Assembly (NCBI RefSeq): GCF_006345805.1
Contig: NC_043010.1
Coordinates: 32,550,001-32,614,000, forward strand
Reading direction: 5' to 3'
Source of the DNA: Octopus sinensis
Lineage: Eukaryota
DNA length: 64,000 bases
The first letter of the stretch is position 1; each line of letters opens with the position of its first letter. Shown here piece after piece: positions 13,201 to 26,078 of this stretch. The notes below the pieces were generated by a model. It was not told the origin of the DNA. It saw only the letters and a program-made list of their open reading frames with translations, and ran no database searches. The position numbers and the translations under genes are program-made.

Positions 13201-13963
13201 CTCAGGTTATTTTGATGGGTATGATGGAAAGTGTCAGTTGCCCACAGCCAGCAGCCTAAGGTGACACTTGTTTACTTCCATGCTTCAAGAATCCTGCAGA
13301 GAATTCTTGCAGTTCCAAGCAATGATGATTTTTATAGGTGTTCTATCTTTACATTTGTGCCAATCATTTTGAGCCACATTGATAGTTGAGTGCTGATACT
13401 TCCAAGTGCACCAATCACTATTGGTATGATGTCCATTCTCTTCATTGCCCACAACCTGCATATTTCCCACTTCAATTCTATTATCATTAATAATATTATG
13501 GCTGCAGATTGGCAAAATTGTTAATGCTTTGGACAAAATGCTTTCCATTATTTTGTTACAAACTTTTACATTCTGAGCTCAGACCACCAAGATAAATTTT
13601 GCCTTTCATCCTTCTGGGGTTGGTGAAATTAAGTACCAGTCAAGCACTAAGGAAGATTTAAGTGACTAACTCCTTCCTCTAAACGTCAGGCCCGTGCCTA
13701 TGTTAGAAATATTTACTATTGTTATTTAAGGTGAGAGATTGGTAGAATCATTTGAATGTCTGAAAAAATGCCTCACATTTCCTTTACATTCTGAGTTCAA
13801 ATTCCACTAATGCCAATAGCATCTAGGTCAATAAAATAAACTACAGGACTGGATAGTATCAATTAACATCTTCCCCTTAAATTATTGGTCTTGTGTCTAT
13901 ATTTCCTCCTTCTGTTGCTGCTGCTAGAAATACTACTACTACTACTATTGGCTTCTTTTGCAG

Positions 13964-14080
13964 TGACTTTGGTTATGAGCGTGAAACTAAAGAAGAAGAA
14001 TGTGTACCTGCCAGGTGGTACAACCCTGACAGACCAGTTTTTGATTGCCCAGAGAACCAGTATTTCAATAAGTCCCGTGG
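13964..14080 (+). CDS. SORCS: SorCS-like exon D: DFGYERETKEEECVPARWYNPDRPVFDCPENQYFNKSR(G) (10CC)
   Basis: cttttgcag| acceptor, gg|gtgagt donor, 117 nt phase 2-2. Completes C-DFGY; lies within track ORF 13893..14084. Confidence 0.92.
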
Positions 14081-14334
14081 GTGAGTATAATTTTTGTAAA
14101 GAAGGAAGATGAGAGTGGCAGCTGGGGTGGGTTAGTGGATCACCCTTAGATATCTATAAACAAATACCTTCAGTTCTGAGAATTGTAGGAGGAAGAGGAC
14201 TGTCAGAACCTAAGAACTGCGAAAATTCACAATTTTCTGGATGAATATTATCTTGTGTCTATAAATTCAAAACCCATATAGTTTGGAGTTGGTCTGGCAG
14301 CTGTACATAGAATTATTCATAGAGATCTGAACAT

Positions 14335-14608
14335 AGGCATAGGAGTGGCTGTGTGGTAAGTAGCTTGCTTACAAACCACATGGTTCTGGGTTCAGTCCCA
14401 CTGCATGGCACCTTGGGAAAGTGTCTTCTACTATAGCCTTGGGCCGACCAAAGCCTTGTGAGTGGATTTGATAAATGGAAACTGAAAGAAGCCCATCGTA
14501 TATATGTATATATATATGTATGTGTATGTGTATATGTTTGTGTATCTGTGTTTGTCCCCCCAACATCTCTTGACAACCGATAGAATAAGTACTAGGCTTA
14601 CAAAGAAT
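14335..14608 (+). mobile_element. tRNA-derived SINE family B (CORE-like domain, internal (TA)n(TG)n)
   Basis: gtggctgtgtggtaag...ggttcagtcccactg...caccttgggaaagtgtcttctactatagcc...ggaaactgaaagaagccc then microsatellite. Further copies at 21435-21620, 34443-34700, 43158-43313, 47671-48070 and 3' halves at 16460-16640, 28620-28832. Confidence 0.88.
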
Positions 14609-14978
14609 AATTTGTGTGAAGTTTGTTCCCAGGGTGCTCAGTGATGAGCATCCTGGTAACCAACTACTTGACAGATATGGGCATCACAACTATCCCTCAC
14701 CCTTTCTACAGTCATACCTTACTCGCTGTGTCTCTGATTGTTCCCCCAAACTGAAAGGCAGCCTCAGGGACAGTTATTTAGAAGATGAAGGAAGCTATCA
14801 TACAGTTCTTGACACCTTCACTTTAGAGTACTTCCATGGGGCCTTCACAACGGTGGCTGAAGCACTACAATAAGTGCATTGCAGTCAGAGGATCCTATTT
14901 TGAAGGAGATCAGAGCTTTGTACTTTGAAATTAATAACTGTCTCTCCTGAAGAAGTTTTAAAACTTTTGGAATGCACC

Positions 14979-15013
<35 letters not shown>

Positions 15014-16418
15014 TACATACATACACTTACATATATATATATACACACATACATACACACACCTATATACACACATATATACACATATGAATGTATATAT
15101 ATATATATATATGCATGCGTGCAAGCATTATTTCTTTTCACAACTTCTGTTGTCAAATTTTTACATAACTCTCAGAATAAAAAAGTTAAGTTTTGCCATA
15201 ACAACTCTCTATGAATTAAAATCAATGAGTTGCTTTTGCATTTACCAATGACTGCTCACTTCTATAGAGTTTCTTCTCAGGTGATTCTTTGACAACAGCA
15301 ATTGTATCATCTCTGAGAGAAGGTCATCCACTTGAATGGATTTCATGATGAATATTGTTTTGTTCTGTTTGTATCTTTTGTATTGTTTTTTTCAAAACTA
15401 TTGAATCAAATGTGTTATGGCACTTAAACTGAAATGATTATTGTGAAGACTTTGCTTCTTCTTATAACAGCAGATTACAATTGTGGCACTATAACCATTA
15501 CAGTATTACACTTCAATAATCTCCAGCTTTGTTTTCAAGTCTGCATTAACCTCTAAAACTACACACACACACATACAGATGTGCGTGTATGCATGAATAC
15601 ATACATACATACATACATACATACGTACATACTGGCAAGAAATCTTGAAATAAAACTGAACAAGGACCCACCCACACACATGCACACACTCACTCACTCA
15701 CTCAGTCTTGTACCTTTCTCTTCTCTCTCTCTCTTCCCCTCTCTTTATTCTCCAGATCCATCTACTCTTTTGTTCTCTCACTTTGTCTTCTCCTCTTTCC
15801 CTCTCTCCTCCTTTAGTCCCTCTGCTCTCTACAACACTTCCCCTCTCCTATCATTTGACCAGTGTCCGGCCAAGGCAGTGCTGTTCTTTTTTCGGCCTGA
15901 CCCTAAGTAGACTGATCATGCTGGTCAGGGCTCCTGCTATGCCCTCTAGAACTTTCTCCATTTCATCTTTACGCTACCCCACTAAGTTCGTTCAATAGCT
16001 GAAAAGCTCTTTCTGTTGTATTTATGGTATATGTATAATTATTCTTTTTCTCCTGTTGTATAGCCATAAGGTTTCATTTTGTTATATACAAATAATTCTT
16101 TGTGTGTTGTGTTTATATAATGTCTTGTTTGTTTCTGTCTTTGTATACATTTGCTAGCTTTTTCCCAGAAGCTTAATGCTCTGGCACTGCCAAAACTGAG
16201 AGGTCTCAATGGTAAATGGCAAAAAACCACTATGATATTTTGGATCATTGACTGATGAAGAAATCAGACATGAATATTCCATATATTGTGCTTTTGCCTA
16301 AATTTCCTGTTTGTTAAGTTTTCATCTAGTTTTCCATTTGTTCTGCTTTCTTTTTTGTGTTCCTTCAGTTCAACCCTTGATATATCCATGCAGCACAATA
16401 CATACCCTGTTTGTTTAC

Positions 16419-16456
<38 letters not shown>

Positions 16457-17381
16457 TCTGTGTGTGTGTGTGTGTGTGTGTGTATCTACACATGTCTGTG
16501 TGCATCTGTGTATGTCCACCACTACCACTTGACAACCAGTGTTGAATTATTTACATCCCCATAACTTAGTGGTTTGTCAAGAGAGACTGATAGAATAAGT
16601 ATCAGGCTTAAAATAAAGTACCGGAGTTGATTTATTTAATTAAAATTCCTTAACGGTTTTTTTCCCTTGCATGCCCACAATCCAACTAAAATAAGATAAA
16701 AGAAGATATAAAAGATACCTTTTAAAATAATATTCAAAGCTAATATCCTTGTTATGAAGAAGAAAGCTGATATTTGTTGAGATTTTTGATAAACAATATA
16801 TTTATTGTTTTCATAAACAAAAATCAAATGTTGTCATTATTGTGAAAAACATCAATAGAGTTTGGATATTATTGTTCTTAAGTTGATGTAGTTGTAGCAG
16901 CAGTCAAAACGTTAGCTCTTGGTCATTGTGTTGTTGTTGCCAATCATTCACTATGGTTAGCTGCTTGCCATGCTTCTGATTTCTCATGTTTTTCATCCTC
17001 CAACTGTTCATTGCCTTTGTGTTGTCAGCTAGGGTCAGCTGCTGTCTGCCATCTCTGTTGGCTTGTCTCCTGCGATGTCTGTCTAAGTAGAAAGGTGTGC
17101 TGAATTTATAGTGATAGGCAGGCTCAGAAAGGTGCAAAAAGATGAAATTGTTTTGAAGCCAGTTCTAGGCTAAGTCTGCATTTGTCAGATTTTTTCATCA
17201 TGTGGGTAATATTCTCGTGAATCACAATGCTGGATATAGGGATCTGACTGCTAAATATTCCCCGCTCATGACTCCACTGCCAGTGAAATTCACGTTCATG
17301 ATGAATTTAATGAAATAATGAGAATAGTGCAGGTGTGAAGGGCATAAAGAAGCATGCATTAGAAAGGGATGAAAGCAAGAC

Positions 17382-17382
<1 letters not shown>

Positions 17383-17472
<90 letters not shown>
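17383..17472. repeat. (AAT)n microsatellite
   Basis: Seen directly. Confidence 0.97.
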
Positions 17473-17473
<1 letters not shown>

Positions 17474-17910
17474 GACTGCACTGGTATGGACATGTGATAT
17501 GTATGGATGAGTACAGTGGTATAAAGAAGTTCCTTTCACTTAATGTGGAGGGAACCTGTGGAAAAGGTAGACCCAGGAAGACATGGGATGAGGTGGTGAA
17601 ACATGATCTTTGAATGTTGGCCCTCACAGAGGCGATGACAAGTGACCAAGACCTTTGGCAATATGCTGTGCTTCAGAAGACTCATCAAGTCAAGTGAAAT
17701 CATAATTGTGGCTGATGCTGGTATGTAACTGTGGTACATAAGATCACTTGTGCTGATGACACATAGAAGCACCTGTGCTGGTGGCACATAAAAAAACCAT
17801 GCCAAATCAGACTGGAACTTGGTGCAACTCTCTGGCTTAGCAGTTCTAGTCAAACCATCTAACCCAAGCCAGCATGGAAGGCAGATGCAAAATGATGATG
17901 ATGATGATAT
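17470..17910 (+). mobile_element. 3' end of the same RTE family, opposite orientation to the 41-42 kb copy
   Basis: gtggaaaaggtagacccaggaagacatgggatgaggtggtgaaacatgatc matches the reverse complement of 41670-41720. Ends in (gat)n. Confidence 0.85.
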
Positions 17911-17927
17911 ATACATTTATATATATG

Positions 17928-17976
<49 letters not shown>

Positions 17977-19055
17977 AATGGTCAAAACTGAATGTGTGTA
18001 TGTATGTATACACACACACACATATTTTATATCATTTGGAAATGTAAACATGCTTTTTCCATTTATTGGGTAACTGAAAAATATATTTTTCATTCATATT
18101 TTAAAAACAACACCATTAAATCCATATTGAGGTCATGTTAGAGGTTGTGTATATATTTAATAGTTTGTGGATGAGGTTCATTGGGTGATGAACCATGACA
18201 TCCACTAAAATCTTCTGATAGCTCCCCAAGGTAATGTGTATAACAGTAATGTGGATTTAATGGTGTAGCTATTATATGTATATATATATGGACAGACACA
18301 TAAACCTACCATGACAGTTTCTACATTTAACCACACTGTCCAAACATATATCACTTCTCTTTATATTTCAGTCTGTTTCATGCTGGCTGATACAGACTAC
18401 CACTCACCAATTCTAGTTACAACACACACGCACGCACACACACATGACTGATGTAGTAGATATATAATCAAGGCAAATTTAACTATTTTCCCATATATTG
18501 AAAAATTTTAAACAGTCTTAATTGATTTTCAAACCATTGCATACCATAGTTAATGTTCTTGTTCTTTAAATTTCATATGTATTTACTTAGATTAGTAAGA
18601 TGATTATATAACCTAAATTTGACATTTGTGGCATAGTAACCTGTGTAGTAATTGTATATAAGATTTCCAGCTGTTCTTGTACATTGATAGATTAAATCCT
18701 TCTTTAAGCACTCATTTCCTGGAGGAATTTAAACCAGTTTCTACAATTAAGAAGACTTTTATTACCACTTATGTTGTAATTACAATTACAAAGATTAACA
18801 CTGTTATTAGAACCAGGTAGTAAAACAGAGTTGTTAACTGAGTTGTTATCAATATTACTCGGTGTTATGCTAGAAGTACTATCAATTTCTCAGTGGGACT
18901 CATTGCACCTGAAGTGTCAAATACAGGCTGCCTCAAAATTACATTTATCTACTAGAACCAATTTCATGATGAGTTGCTCCCATGGGTATAGAAAAACCTT
19001 CAAATATTTCCCAAGTGAATATACTTTATTTATAGTAACTTCTTTAACCTTTTAA

Positions 19056-19276
19056 CCTTTTAGTGTTTGCATTATTCTGCCAAAATTAATCCTTTTTTAC
19101 CCACATTGCCTTGAACTAATCAGGCATTATTTTGGTGCTACGAGATTTTGATTAGGTAGCTGTTAATTTTTGAAACGATATTGTAGTGCTGGTCTGAGAG
19201 ACCAGATCTGGCCAGTTTGAACATAAAACAGGCAGAATACTTTTGGCTGGATATGGCCGGTTTAAAAGCTAAAGGG
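19056..19276. mobile_element. piggyBac-type MITE
   Basis: TTAA|ccttttag ... ctaaaggg|TTAA. A related copy lies at about 3337-3548. Confidence 0.7.
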
Positions 19277-21254
19277 TTAAATAAAGGGGCTACCTATGTA
19301 ATTTCTAGTATTTCTCATTGCTGACCTTTGTAGCTTTTTTTTTTACCATATTGGTATTTATATTCTATGACTGAAGTAGTAATTTGATAGGTTTTATTTG
19401 TACTTCTTTGATTTTTCTTTCTACCTTTTCATCCTTGACATTTTCCCCACTCCTTTGTGCCCAGATATTAGCTTTCCTAATATTGTTTTTGAATTCATTG
19501 TTTTTATTATGAACATGTCTTGTTACTTCCCATGAGCTACATCCAACTTACTTTCCTTAATCATTGTATTTCTAATTATATCTAATTTATAAACTTAGGT
19601 CTATGGCACTTTATCTAGCATCAGTGATCTTTTAAATATACTTTTTGATGAACTAAAACGCCAGCTACCTACCTCTAATTACTCACCCTTTATGTTTGTA
19701 TCTGTTTTTTTAGTCAATGTCCATTGAGGTCATTTTAGTTTAAATACCAAACTGACTTTTTTTAACATATATTTCATCTGTTTTCTATCTTTCTACCTTC
19801 TCTCTCCTTGTATTTAATTAGTTACCTGTATTGATGCTAAAATTTCAGTTCTTGCTTCATTTCTAAACAAGTGGATCACCTTGAAAAAAATTATGTTAGC
19901 ATAAACTTCCAGATATATCTGATATCACAATCAATTTGATATGGAACAATTTGTATATTGTACCACTGAATTATAAAGCCAAAGATGCTTACATAATATA
20001 AATGCATGTTGGCTTTTTGTGTAGTGTAAATCTGCATTAAAAATGTGCTTTCTTCAATATACTTAATGTTGTTTTATATATATATATATATATATATATC
20101 ATATACATGTATAATCCATTTGGTCTTCATGTTTCTCTGTTCTTGTTGTTGATCTAGGTGATGGTACTGGATTGTGTAGTTTTCTGATTGCTACTTCTGA
20201 CTAGTAGTTAGGAGCCCAGACTCTCTGGAGAGGCTGCTCTATCAACAGTTGTATAATATCAGTATATCTTTAGTGCCCTGTTGAGCATGGATGAGTATCC
20301 CTGCAGCTGCACTTAGTGGGCTTTTCCAAGGTCACACTTACTTCGTCTGCTGGAATATTATAGGGAAGCTGATTTCTTGCTTACATAAGGTGGAAATCAT
20401 CCCTGGCTGGTCTTTTTTCCTTTTTTTTTTTTTAGTTAATTCAATCATGGCAGTCTCCAGTAAACAAAATCACAAACTAGACTCAGCTAAATCACCTACT
20501 TCTCCTTTTACTATTGCATTCTCCAATGGCAGGAACTTAGTTGCCAACCCAATAGAAGTAAATGTATGCCTCTCTAATTTGATGCATTTCAGTTTGACCA
20601 ACCAAAATACTAACTCATTGAATTACCGTATATGTGACTGAGTATTCCACTAAGACTTGTACTCTTTATGTAATTTTCAAGCAGGACTATAATAACTCAG
20701 TGTATGTTAAGGTTGGGTTTTGGAATTACAATTTCAATCCATCTACACACTCTTTCCATTTACCCAATTTCTCTTTCAAGTTTTCACTGAACCCAACAGT
20801 AGAGTAAAAATTACTTGCTGAAAATGCATATTTTCCAAACATACACAAGTATTTGCACACAACCTCAAATATACACATATAAAATGAGTATTTACTCTGA
20901 ATTCTTTACAGCTTTCCATTGATGTCTCTTGCTTCTGTATATAAATATACATCAAGTTGAACTCTATGCACTCTACACTGTCTACTGTAATCTGATATTT
21001 GATGTTGCTTAAATACCATTGTAACATGGAGTTTTGGTTTGTGTTTTGTTTGTTTTTTTTTGCTATTGGGAAAATGGACTATATTTGCTAATGGAATTGT
21101 CTTGAATATTTGAATATTTTGTCATTTACTGTTATTTCATTTCACTGAGGAGACTGTAAGTTAAAATAATGCCTTTCTCAGGTCTGAGAAATCAGTTATG
21201 ATTATACGGAATATTTGATCTGTGAATCTTTGTAGATGGGCTTCAACAGTCTCT

Positions 21255-21305
<51 letters not shown>

Positions 21306-21676
21306 TCTATCCCTCTCTCTCTCTCCCTCTCTCTCACTCTCTCTCTCTCTCTCTCTCTTCACCTCTTCACACACACACACACACTAGTGTAAATGCATAG
21401 ATACACACACACAAATCATACATGGCAGTATAAGCACAGGCATAGTTGTATGGTTAGAAAAAAAGTTTACTTTCCAACCATGAGGTTTTGGATTCATTTC
21501 CACTGTTTCATTGTGTTGCACCCTAGACAAGTCTCTTTTACTGCAGTCCTGGACTGACCAAAGCTTTGTGAGTGGATTTGGTAGATGGAAACTGAAAGAA
21601 GTGTCATAAATGTGTGTGTGCATATATGTATGTCTCTTTGACTTAACAACACATGATTGTTATAAATTAATGCCAT

Positions 21677-22075
21677 TCATCATCATCATCATCATCATCA
21701 TCGTTTAACGTCCGCTTTCCATGCTAGCAGGGGTTGGACGATTTGACTGAGGACTGGTGAACCGATGGCTGTGCTAGGCTCCAATCTGATCTGGCAGAGT
21801 TTCTACAGCTGGATGCCCTTCCTAACGCCAACCACTCCGAGAGTGTAGTGGGTGCTTTTAAAGTGCCACTGGCACAAGGGCCAGTTTGACAGTACTGGCA
21901 ACGACCACGCTCGAAAATGGTGTTTTTTACATGCCACCTGCACAAGAGTCAGTCCAGCAGTGCTGGCAATGACCTCGCTCGAATGTTTTGTTCACATGCC
22001 ACCAGCACAAGTGCCAGTGAGGCGACACTGACAACAATCATGCTCAAATGGTGCTCTTTACGTACCAGACAGCTG
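21677..22075 (-). mobile_element. RTE 3' UTR-derived copy carrying about 4 internal ~65-bp repeat units
   Basis: Same tail as 8069 and 41015, with repeated rtgccacc.gcac units. Confidence 0.85.
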
Positions 22076-22333
22076 CTCTGGCAGTGATCCCACTTGGATG
22101 GAGCTGTTAGCGCCATTAATTTGCAATATTCTGCAAAAACATGTTTGGCTATGTGGAAATAAAACTTTGCTTGGAAACAGGTGAGGATTGGCAACGGGAA
22201 GAGCATTTGACTATAAAAAATTTGCTGAAATAAACTCCATCCAACCCATGCATGGAAAAGGGAACACTAAAAAATGATGATGATGATGACAGTAAATACA
22301 TATGTACATATATACTCTTTTTTGTTCATCTAG

Positions 22334-22505
22334 CTACCGGAAGGTGGGCGGAGACTTTTGTGTTGGTGGCGTGTCAAATCACACCAAATACAGGCATGTT
22401 CTCACTAAGTGCCCTGTGATACCCCCATCAGGCCTACGACTATCCACATCCAAACCAATTATTGCTACAATGTCTATTATAAAATTCAACTTAACCCAAA
22501 ATGAG
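22334..22505 (+). CDS. SORCS: SorCS-like exon E: YRKVGGDFCVGGVSNHTKYRHVLTKCPVIPPSGLRLSTSKPIIATMSIIKFNLTQNE
   Basis: ttcatctag| acceptor, gag|gtaaat donor, 172 nt phase 2-0. G-YRKV..D.C..G...CP..PP.GL marks the end of 10CC. Confidence 0.9.
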
Positions 22506-22789
22506 GTAAATAAAAATTAAATTTTTTTATTTCTCAAATAATTCCATTCTTTTATTAAATTTAAATATTTCCACTGAGGGAATCTGTAAAGATGATTGTG
22601 TAAACTGTAGTTTTTGTTGTCATTTAAACCCAAGCCAGCCTTGATGGAGCTGATCTATGACCAGTGATTTTTCATCTCTGATCATCTTTCTTTTATGTCA
22701 AAAATTGTACTATCAAATGCATCCTTCCTTTTTTTTTTAAGCAATAGAGTATTGTTTGAAGGATTTGACTGCTATTTCTAGGACTTTAT

Positions 22790-24135
22790 GTGGTACATCA
22801 TAGAGAGGGTGGGTAAGGTATGTGGCATGGATGGGACTCTGAGCAACTTAGATCAATCAAAAGCTTTCAATAAGATTGACTACTAATACTTGTGTGTTGT
22901 CCTCAAACTATCCAATTTCATTCTTCCTCCAGAGTTGTATCACCACAATAAAAAGCAATGTCTGCTCAAGGTTTTGAGTGAAAGGCCACTTACATGAATT
23001 ATTCGGTACCATGCACTCAATCTCTTAAGCTTGTCTCTTCTCATCTCTTTTGTATAAAGTAGCTCTTGAACCATTACTGTGGAAACCACAAGTAAGATGC
23101 AGAAGATCTGTATTGGCATACGTGGATGTCACTGTAATAGTGTTAGACATCAAACAAATTGAGGTGATTGGTTAAGACCAGACCTCTAGGCAGAAAAGAA
23201 ATCGGGTAAGGCGACAAGAAACGTTGTCAGCCCACCAAGAAATGGGCTGAGAAAAAGCTATTCCTAGAAGGTCAGGCAGTGGTGACAAATGCCATCATTT
23301 CTTACTACCTGATCATTGTGCCTTTCTCTACTTCAAGTTTAATTGGAATGGAACATCTGCTCTCCTACTTTTTTGTCAAAGAACACATTCATTGGTCAGC
23401 CACTTCATTTGCTGCCAACATCTACTGAGTGGTGGACTGGCCATGCCATGGCTGATGATGTACAGGCGTGTATTAAGGCTGCTACATTTTCAGTGATGAT
23501 GGACAGGTGTGGTTGCCATTTGTCAGAAGCCTTTGTTTCCACAGTTGTCTTTTTGAGTTGCAATTGTGAACCAAAGACTGAAATAGTGCATTTAGCATCT
23601 AGAATATTGTCAAGTGCCCCAGGACCTCTACCAGTGGGGCAATGTGATAAATATAATCTCAATGTTGACACTATGTAGCAGATAAGTGGTGGACAGAAGT
23701 AATGGTCTTGAAAAAAATCTGGACAATTAAAATAAGTTGGATAGATTGCACCAGAAGTCTTTCAGACCAGAGTCCATAAGTAACCTTCACAAATTCTTGG
23801 CCTGGCAGTGCTACCAGAGGTTACTGCTGATTTGAGAGAAACCTTATAGACAGTAAAGTGCTGGGCCTCTCCAAGACGTGTGCAAAGCAAGGAAATCTTC
23901 CATGTAGTCATCCAGTGCCTAACTATTGCTTACTTATGGAGTTATTTGAAAAATAATTATTATGTATAGGGTGGATTTGGTTATTAGCTGAGTCCATTAT
24001 GAAGATTGTCCCATTGCCTTCCTTTGGTCAGGAAGGACTGGCAATTTTTGTCTATCTGATTACATTGAGGAAAGTGCTTGTGTGGTGGATGTGAAAGAAA
24101 GGGTTGAAACAGATTCTGCCTTGGTACTGAGGTTA
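22790..24135 (+). mobile_element. Second, more decayed copy of the same L1/Tx1-like family
   Basis: 23990-24110 (ttggttattagctgagtccattatgaagattgtcc...gaaagggttgaa) resembles 12680-12790. Remnants of DQSKAFD and LSP motifs near 22850-23060. Confidence 0.6.
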
Positions 24136-25127
24136 ATTTAACCAACTGTACTATGCACTTGAAATTTTGGTCTTAAAAATTAAATACTGAGACTAACAGT
24201 ATCAACTAATCCCATTGCCAAATTTCAGGTAATAATCGGCAGTGAGTTGGCAAAATAATTGCTAGAATGTCAGAGAAAATGCTTTGAGGTATCTATTCAA
24301 GATCTTTATGTTCTGAGTTTGTCAGCTTTCATCTGAGATTGATAAAATAAAGTACCTGTCAAGTACTAGAGTTAGTGGTATTGATAAGGTCCCTCCCCCG
24401 AATTTTCAGACTTTGTGCCTTTAGTAGAGAAGACTGTTATCATTATTACTACTACTTTCATCATCATCATCATCTTCTTTATCATCATCATCATCATCAT
24501 CGTCGTCGTCGTCGTCGTCTTTGCTTGATTGTTTTTATTGACATTTTTCAGAAGAGGTGGAGTAATTTAAAGCTAATTATTGAATTTCTTCTCAAGTAAT
24601 TAAACTACATTTCATTAACATCACTTGGAGTAAGAAGGGAGCGATCTAAATGTGATCAATTACTAAAATGATTAATTAATGAACACAACTGCAGTGGACT
24701 TTGATTGCTAATTAGACATGCTAATATTTATTTATCATCATTACAGCTGTCTGAATTAGTCACAGAATCTATCTAAAGATATTCTGACTTCTGATTTCTT
24801 TGTCTTGGAAAATAGAAAATAATATTTTAGGAAGAAATTACTAAAAATAATGCAAAATAAATTTTGAAATGTTAGTGTTAGTTTAATGTGTGTATGTGTG
24901 CATTTGTGTACATATGACTGTGGGAGAGAGTGAATGCATGTGTGTGATAACATGTGAGTACATATGTATGTATGAATGAGTGCACTGTATGTGCACAATG
25001 CACTCATTGTGTGTGAATTTGTATGTAGTGACTTATCAAGAATGCTTTACACAAACCATTTTACATATATATAAAGCTGTTAATTTTTTTATTTTCATGA
25101 TCTATAATATTATATATATATATATAA

Positions 25128-25512
25128 AATTTTTTATAATTATGAGTATAATTATAATTAGGGTTCAGCAAAAACATTTGCTTCATTACATACCGAAAAT
25201 TTAGAAATAGCAGCCAAACATCTAGCTATTTCTCAACCATAAGAGAATCTCCCAGATAACATATACTCAAAAACAATCCACGTTGGTAAAGAGAAAAAAC
25301 AACGAAATTCCCCCCCGGTAATTTGATTAACTGTGGATGTGTTTCGGAGTTTACAAATGTGGATTGTTTTTGAGTATATGTTATCTGAGAGATTCTTTTA
25401 TGGTAGAGAAATAGCTAGGTGTTTGGCGGCTATTTCTAAATTCTCGGTATGTGGTGAAGCAAACTTTTTTGCTGAACCCTAATCATAATTATATTCATAA
25501 TCATAAAAAATT
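25128..25512. repeat. Long foldback inverted repeat (about 163-bp arms, 59-nt spacer)
   Basis: 25128-25290 is the reverse complement of 25350-25512, with about 15 mismatches counted by eye. Confidence 0.92.
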
Positions 25513-26078
25513 GCTGTTTAAGTTTACCGATAATGGTTCTTTTAACATGCTGAAACTACTTGGTAAAATTATTAATAATTAATAATTGATAATTATTAAT
25601 TAATTAATTAATTTTACCCTTTATTCTTATTGATAATATATATATATGCACTCACACAATTATATTTAACACATTTGTGGAAAGCCTTTGCTGAAACTAT
25701 CTTGGAAGCAAAATTCTGTCTAAGCAATACATGAAAACATACCATTTGGTTATGAATCATATCAACTAACTGTAGGACACATGCATTTTTATGTCATTGC
25801 ATTTCATCAGTTATGGAAACCAAATCTGTTGTTCAGACCCTACTAAGAAACAACTACGCTTTTATTTAAACAGCAAATAGTTTATTTTGCTGAAGTATGC
25901 AGTGCTTGGTCAAGCTGAAATTAATCAACTAGAGGAATATAAAACAGTGTTGATTGAAATATATTTCTTCATATTCAACTGGCACACTCTGGTTCTTCCC
26001 TGAGGATAGTCATAACTTAAAAAAGACTATGATGAAACAACAAAGTTGATTGTCTAACTGCCCAAACAAGGACAAATA

